Shown: positions 60,434-64,000 of the stretch, piece after piece
How the letters are laid out: every line of letters begins with the position of its first letter
Numbering within the stretch: the first letter of the stretch is position 1
Assembly (NCBI GenBank): GCA_033723415.1
Contig: JAWVXD010000004.1
Coordinates: 128,001 to 192,000, forward strand
Source of the DNA: Sulfurospirillaceae bacterium
Lineage (GTDB): Bacteria > Campylobacterota > Campylobacteria > Campylobacterales > Sulfurospirillaceae
DNA length: 64,000 nt
Direction: 5' to 3'
The notes under the pieces: generated by a model
Database searches by the model: none
What the model saw: the letters and a program-made list of their open reading frames with translations, nothing else
What the model was told of the DNA's origin: nothing
Program-made: the position numbers and the translations under genes

Positions 60434-61633
60434 TTGTCTATTAAAAGATCATTTAGCAAGTTATCATATCTTACATTGGGTTTGTTCGTCTTTTTAACCA
60501 TCATTACTACAAAAATATATGCGCAAGAGATTCCATTGCCTCTGCCGCCGAGTATCGATGCCAAAAGCTGGGTGCTCCTAGATTATGACAGCGGGCGAGT
60601 TTTGATATCTAAAAACCCCGATGAGAGGCGAGCTCCTGCTTCGCTTACTAAGCTCATGACAGAGTACGTAGTAGCTTCACAGATAAAAATCGGTGCCATC
60701 CATATGAATGATCTCGTAAGGATCAGCAAACATGCTTGGCTTGGCGGAGGCGCTAAAACAGACGGATCGACTAGTTTTTTAAAGGTACACAGTGAAGTGT
60801 CGCTAGAAAATCTGCTTCACGGCATGATAATCCAATCTGGCAATGACGCAGCGATCGCTTTGGCAGAGCATGTCTCCGGTTCAGAAGAAGCATTTACTCA
60901 TCTCATGAACGCTTATGCTAAAAAGCTTGGCATGAAGAACACGCACTACTCTGATGCTTCTGGTTATCCTGTGGCAGATCACTATAGCAGTGCTAGAGAT
61001 ATAGCGATCCTATCACGTGCGTTGATCCATGATTTTCCGAAAGAGTATGCGATATCTTCGATCAAAGAGTTCAAATGGAACGGTATCAAGCAACGCAATC
61101 GCAATGCCCTTTTATGGCAAGATTCACGGATTGACGGGATAAAGACCGGACATACCGCAGCTGCCGGATATTGTCTCGATGCTTCAGAACTACGTGGGCA
61201 TTCGCGCCTGATCGCCGTCGTGCTTGGAGCCAGTACCAACAAAGCCAGAGCCGAATCTGCTATGAGCTTGTTGGAATATGGATTTCAGTATTTCAAAACT
61301 TACAAACTTTACGAGCCTTCCAAGCCGATCATCACTTCTCGTTTGTGGGAAGGTAAGAAAAAGACGCTTCAAGTCGGTGTACAAAAAGATGTCTTGGTGA
61401 CGATAGGAAAAGGAAGATACGGCGATATAAAAACGTATGTAAATCTTCCGACTTCGCTGATAGCTCCTTATAAAAAAGGAACTCCGATCGGCACTTTGAA
61501 GATAACGCTGGAGGGCAAAACTCTCAAAAGCGTTCCATTGGTAGCTTTGAGCGATGCACCAAGAGGCAGTTTTTTCTCTAGAGAATACGATAGTATCTTA
61601 CTGTGGTTTCACACACATCTGGGAAAATCTTAA
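60434..61633 (+). CDS. D-alanyl-D-alanine carboxypeptidase (PBP5/6 family)
   Basis: PASLTKLM (SxxK), SGNDA, GIKTGHT and a PBP5 C-terminal domain. TTG start at 60434 follows AAGGA. Confidence 0.92.
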   Translation: MSIKRSFSKLSYLTLGLFVFLTIITTKIYAQEIPLPLPPSIDAKSWVLLDYDSGRVLISKNPDERRAPASLTKLMTEYVVASQIKIGAIHMNDLVRISKHAWLGGGAKTDGSTSFLKVHSEVSLENLLHGMIIQSGNDAAIALAEHVSGSEEAFTHLMNAYAKKLGMKNTHYSDASGYPVADHYSSARDIAILSRALIHDFPKEYAISSIKEFKWNGIKQRNRNALLWQDSRIDGIKTGHTAAAGYCLDASELRGHSRLIAVVLGASTNKARAESAMSLLEYGFQYFKTYKLYEPSKPIITSRLWEGKKKTLQVGVQKDVLVTIGKGRYGDIKTYVNLPTSLIAPYKKGTPIGTLKITLEGKTLKSVPLVALSDAPRGSFFSREYDSILLWFHTHLGKS

Positions 61634-61764
61634 ACTCAAGAGGGTAGTCCGTATAACGATCAAGCACCCTTTTACTCGGGGATTCAGTATATATAGTTAG
61701 GTGGTTTTAGAATGATTGCATTTAAAGCTGTTAACCAGATTATAAAGATAACCAAGAACAAGGG

Positions 61765-62646
61765 TCAATCTACTTTTTTTTCTAAAACAGGTCTTTCTCT
61801 GTAAGGAAAGTTTTTCAAACGGATATCTCCTCGTTTATGAGGATTCGGTATGACTTTCGTTTTGTCGATCCAATCTTCCCATTTAAAGTTTTTGATGACC
61901 TCAGCCTGATAACTCTCACTCAGCGGATGACTCAGAACATCGTTGATATGCTTCCACTGATAATAACGCATAAGATCTACCTGATAAGGAGTAGGATTTC
62001 CTTTTGCGTTTTTGACGACTTTTTTCAGATCTATGACTTTGCGCATATCGACCTTTGTCTTCCATGTGATCTTACCGGGAAGCACGACGGGTTCACCAGG
62101 GATATTGTTGATCCCTTGTTTCCAGGTTGCCAAAACAGCGACTTTGGTATCTTCACGATATATGATAATCGCATGACTATACTTTTTATTTTTGAAGAAT
62201 CCTAAAGTACCGTACTGAAGACGCGCTCCTGTCAAAAAAGCCAATCCGTCAGACCAGCAGGGACTTGTTCCCGAGATACCCCTTAGAACACTTCGATCTA
62301 TGATCCCATCAGGGAAAAGTATCTTGAAAGCCACTTTAGCGCAATTTGCCACATGAGTTGTTCCCTCGCAGTCATGACCATGCCATTTGATCATGTCTTT
62401 TATCGTCACGGCATAAGTTCGCTGATAATATCGTCCTTGAGTACCTTTTGTCGCAAGCATTTCAAATACCGGGGCATACGGCATGGCAGCCATCGGAGCA
62501 TACCAAGTCGGAACTTTGTCAGGTTGAGTCACGCCGGTTTCAATAAAAGTATTGACACCCTCTTTTGGAATCGGCTCCTGACACCAAGATGATGAATATA
62601 TTAACGTTAAGATCATTAACAGTAAAGGAACTAGTTTAGTTTTCAT
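61765..62646 (-). CDS. Exported FmdE-domain protein (putative metal-binding)
   Basis: Signal peptide; KWHGHDCEG and SPCWSDGLAFLTGARLQYG resemble FmdE motifs. Confidence 0.65.
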   Translation of the reverse strand: MKTKLVPLLLMILTLIYSSSWCQEPIPKEGVNTFIETGVTQPDKVPTWYAPMAAMPYAPVFEMLATKGTQGRYYQRTYAVTIKDMIKWHGHDCEGTTHVANCAKVAFKILFPDGIIDRSVLRGISGTSPCWSDGLAFLTGARLQYGTLGFFKNKKYSHAIIIYREDTKVAVLATWKQGINNIPGEPVVLPGKITWKTKVDMRKVIDLKKVVKNAKGNPTPYQVDLMRYYQWKHINDVLSHPLSESYQAEVIKNFKWEDWIDKTKVIPNPHKRGDIRLKNFPYRERPVLEKKVD

Positions 62647-62854
62647 TTTTCACTCCTCCTTTTTAGTTAAAAATTTAAAAACAATATGATCCTAACCACC
62701 TCACTATTTTATAGATACATATATTATATTCCTGCGATACTTAACATGAAATAAATAAAAATGAACGTATATTTGCGCTAGATTTGCTACTTTCTACTCT
62801 CTAACCCATCGTGCGATCTATGTGATGTCGTTTGATGCGAACAGCTCTTTTTTT

Positions 62855-63655
62855 CTACCAAATCACACTCATCGTAAAATATCCAACAACCCAAGAGGCA
62901 ATGAGGATTTTGATGCTGTTTTTGTATTTGATATAAGGGATAAGTAGGAGTAAAGCAAAAGGGATCAATAAGATCAGATTGACCGTCAAAGAAGAGAAGT
63001 TGATACGCAGAAGATTTTCCGCACCCCAAAAAAACCAAGGTCCTTTGAGTGCATCTACTTTTTGAGTAAGCGCGATGTCAGGAGGCATCAAAAATGCCAA
63101 ATATCCGGCGATACTCAGACCGACTGCAATCGTGAGGTATTCTATCTTTACTTTTAAAGTGTTGACATGTCGAAGAATCGCATACGATAATACGATCGGC
63201 AAGAACACGATGTGCCAGATAAAAAATTTATAATAATACACACTATCGTCTTGAAAAAGTGGCAAAAAGTGACTAAGAAGCGGAGTGTTTTTCATAAGAT
63301 TATATGCCACGTCAGTCGCTGCTAGTGCGCTTTGATCTCCTTTGAGCACAAAACCCGTGAACATCAAGATCACCACGACTAAAAATCCTAAGACAGAATA
63401 ATTCCAAGAAGTGTTTGATATCTTTATCTTTTTTTTCAGTATCTCAAAGGATATATGCAACAGCAATACAAGCGTAAATGCTTCGGAACTAAAGTAATGA
63501 AGTGCTCTAAAAAGATGCCCGTAAGGGATGATAAAGGTCATCTTTTGAACGCTGTCATAGGCAAGTGAGGGATGATACACAAAAGCTACGATCAGACCGC
63601 TTGTCATGCTGACAAAGAACAATCCCATGCTAAGCCATGATACAAATTTAGACAT
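62855..63655 (-). CDS. Cytochrome b (b/b6 N-terminal domain plus short subunit IV-like segment)
   Basis: SG..VAFVYHP..AYDSV; heme His in ALHY, LLHI, IWHI and LRHV; FTGFVL; KGPWFF at the PEWY-equivalent position. Confidence 0.85.
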   Translation of the reverse strand: MSKFVSWLSMGLFFVSMTSGLIVAFVYHPSLAYDSVQKMTFIIPYGHLFRALHYFSSEAFTLVLLLHISFEILKKKIKISNTSWNYSVLGFLVVVILMFTGFVLKGDQSALAATDVAYNLMKNTPLLSHFLPLFQDDSVYYYKFFIWHIVFLPIVLSYAILRHVNTLKVKIEYLTIAVGLSIAGYLAFLMPPDIALTQKVDALKGPWFFWGAENLLRINFSSLTVNLILLIPFALLLLIPYIKYKNSIKILIASWVVGYFTMSVIW

Positions 63656-63673
63656 TTTCGACTTTCATCACAA

Positions 63674-64000
63674 TCAGCCTATATAGAGGGTTTTATTTTT
63701 AATTTTGTAGCTAATTGTATCTAAATTCCTCTTAGCAGGTCCTCTGAGTCTCACGCCTTCTATGCTAAATCTACTTTTATGACACGGGCAGTTAAAGACC
63801 TTGTTTTGTTTGTCAAAATTCAAGATACATCCCATGTGCGTGCAATGCGCATCGTAAACCGTGATCTTATCAGCCTCTTTATGGATGAAATATTCTTGTT
63901 TATTGATCTTGGTTATACCCTCACTGATATCTTTAAGCGCTATCGAGATTTTTCTGTTCGGTTTTTCGTCAAAAAAAGTAAATTTGTAGATAGGATAAGA
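63674..64000 (-). CDS. Rieske 2Fe-2S protein (3' part; 5' end outside window)
   Basis: Hand translation contains AHCTHMGC...FNCPCHKSRF...GPAKRNL; TGA at 63674-63676. Confidence 0.9.
   Translation of the reverse strand, partial: SYPIYKFTFFDEKPNRKISIALKDISEGITKINKQEYFIHKEADKITVYDAHCTHMGCILNFDKQNKVFNCPCHKSRFSIEGVRLRGPAKRNLDTISYKIKNKTLYIG

Noticed and set aside
62787..63038. 83-aa alternative-frame ORF at the end of cytochrome b
   Set aside because: It mostly overlaps cytochrome b. Its tail (LVEKK...) at most reflects a decayed start of the formerly adjacent multiheme gene.

Overview
AT-rich chromosomal segment of a Campylobacterota (epsilonproteobacterial) genome. It is probably a free-living Sulfurospirillum/Arcobacter-like organism, inferred from gene content and promoter style. 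Left to right it carries: the 5' end of a TorD/DmsD-type chaperone gene (probably the start of a formate dehydrogenase locus); a polyferredoxin; a periplasmic binding protein-histidine kinase-response regulator trio coupled to selA-selB; a DsbC-like protein, a PAS-GGDEF protein and an OmpR-type two-component pair; an arsenic/metal resistance run (arsR-arsB-arsC-ArsP-thioredoxin-CDF); an MCP; MarR-EmrAB-MFS; a DEAD-box helicase; a FadL-type porin; (nor)spermidine synthesis genes interrupted by cheB-cheR, carbonic anhydrase and DsrE; urtABCDE plus urease (ureD, fused ureAB, ureC, ureEFG); cytochrome bd; two paralogous multiheme cytochromes (12 and 8 CxxCH); and a Rieske-cytochrome b pair separated from them by an inserted cassette. 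The most striking unexplained signal is a dispersed two-hairpin intergenic element (4 units at 3 operon junctions). It has compensatory base changes, ends in its own Shine-Dalgarno, and keeps a conserved short reading frame (SFSxRNLxWDxxQxKG) that runs into the downstream start codon. Other items the ORF track misses: a 40-aa cytochrome bd small-subunit candidate, a yqaA gene with only an ATA start, a small lipoprotein, and a ~90-bp scar of a deleted Rieske-cytochrome b copy in front of the multiheme genes. No tRNA, rRNA, CRISPR array or transposase was seen. All calls come from reading motifs by eye; no database searches were run.
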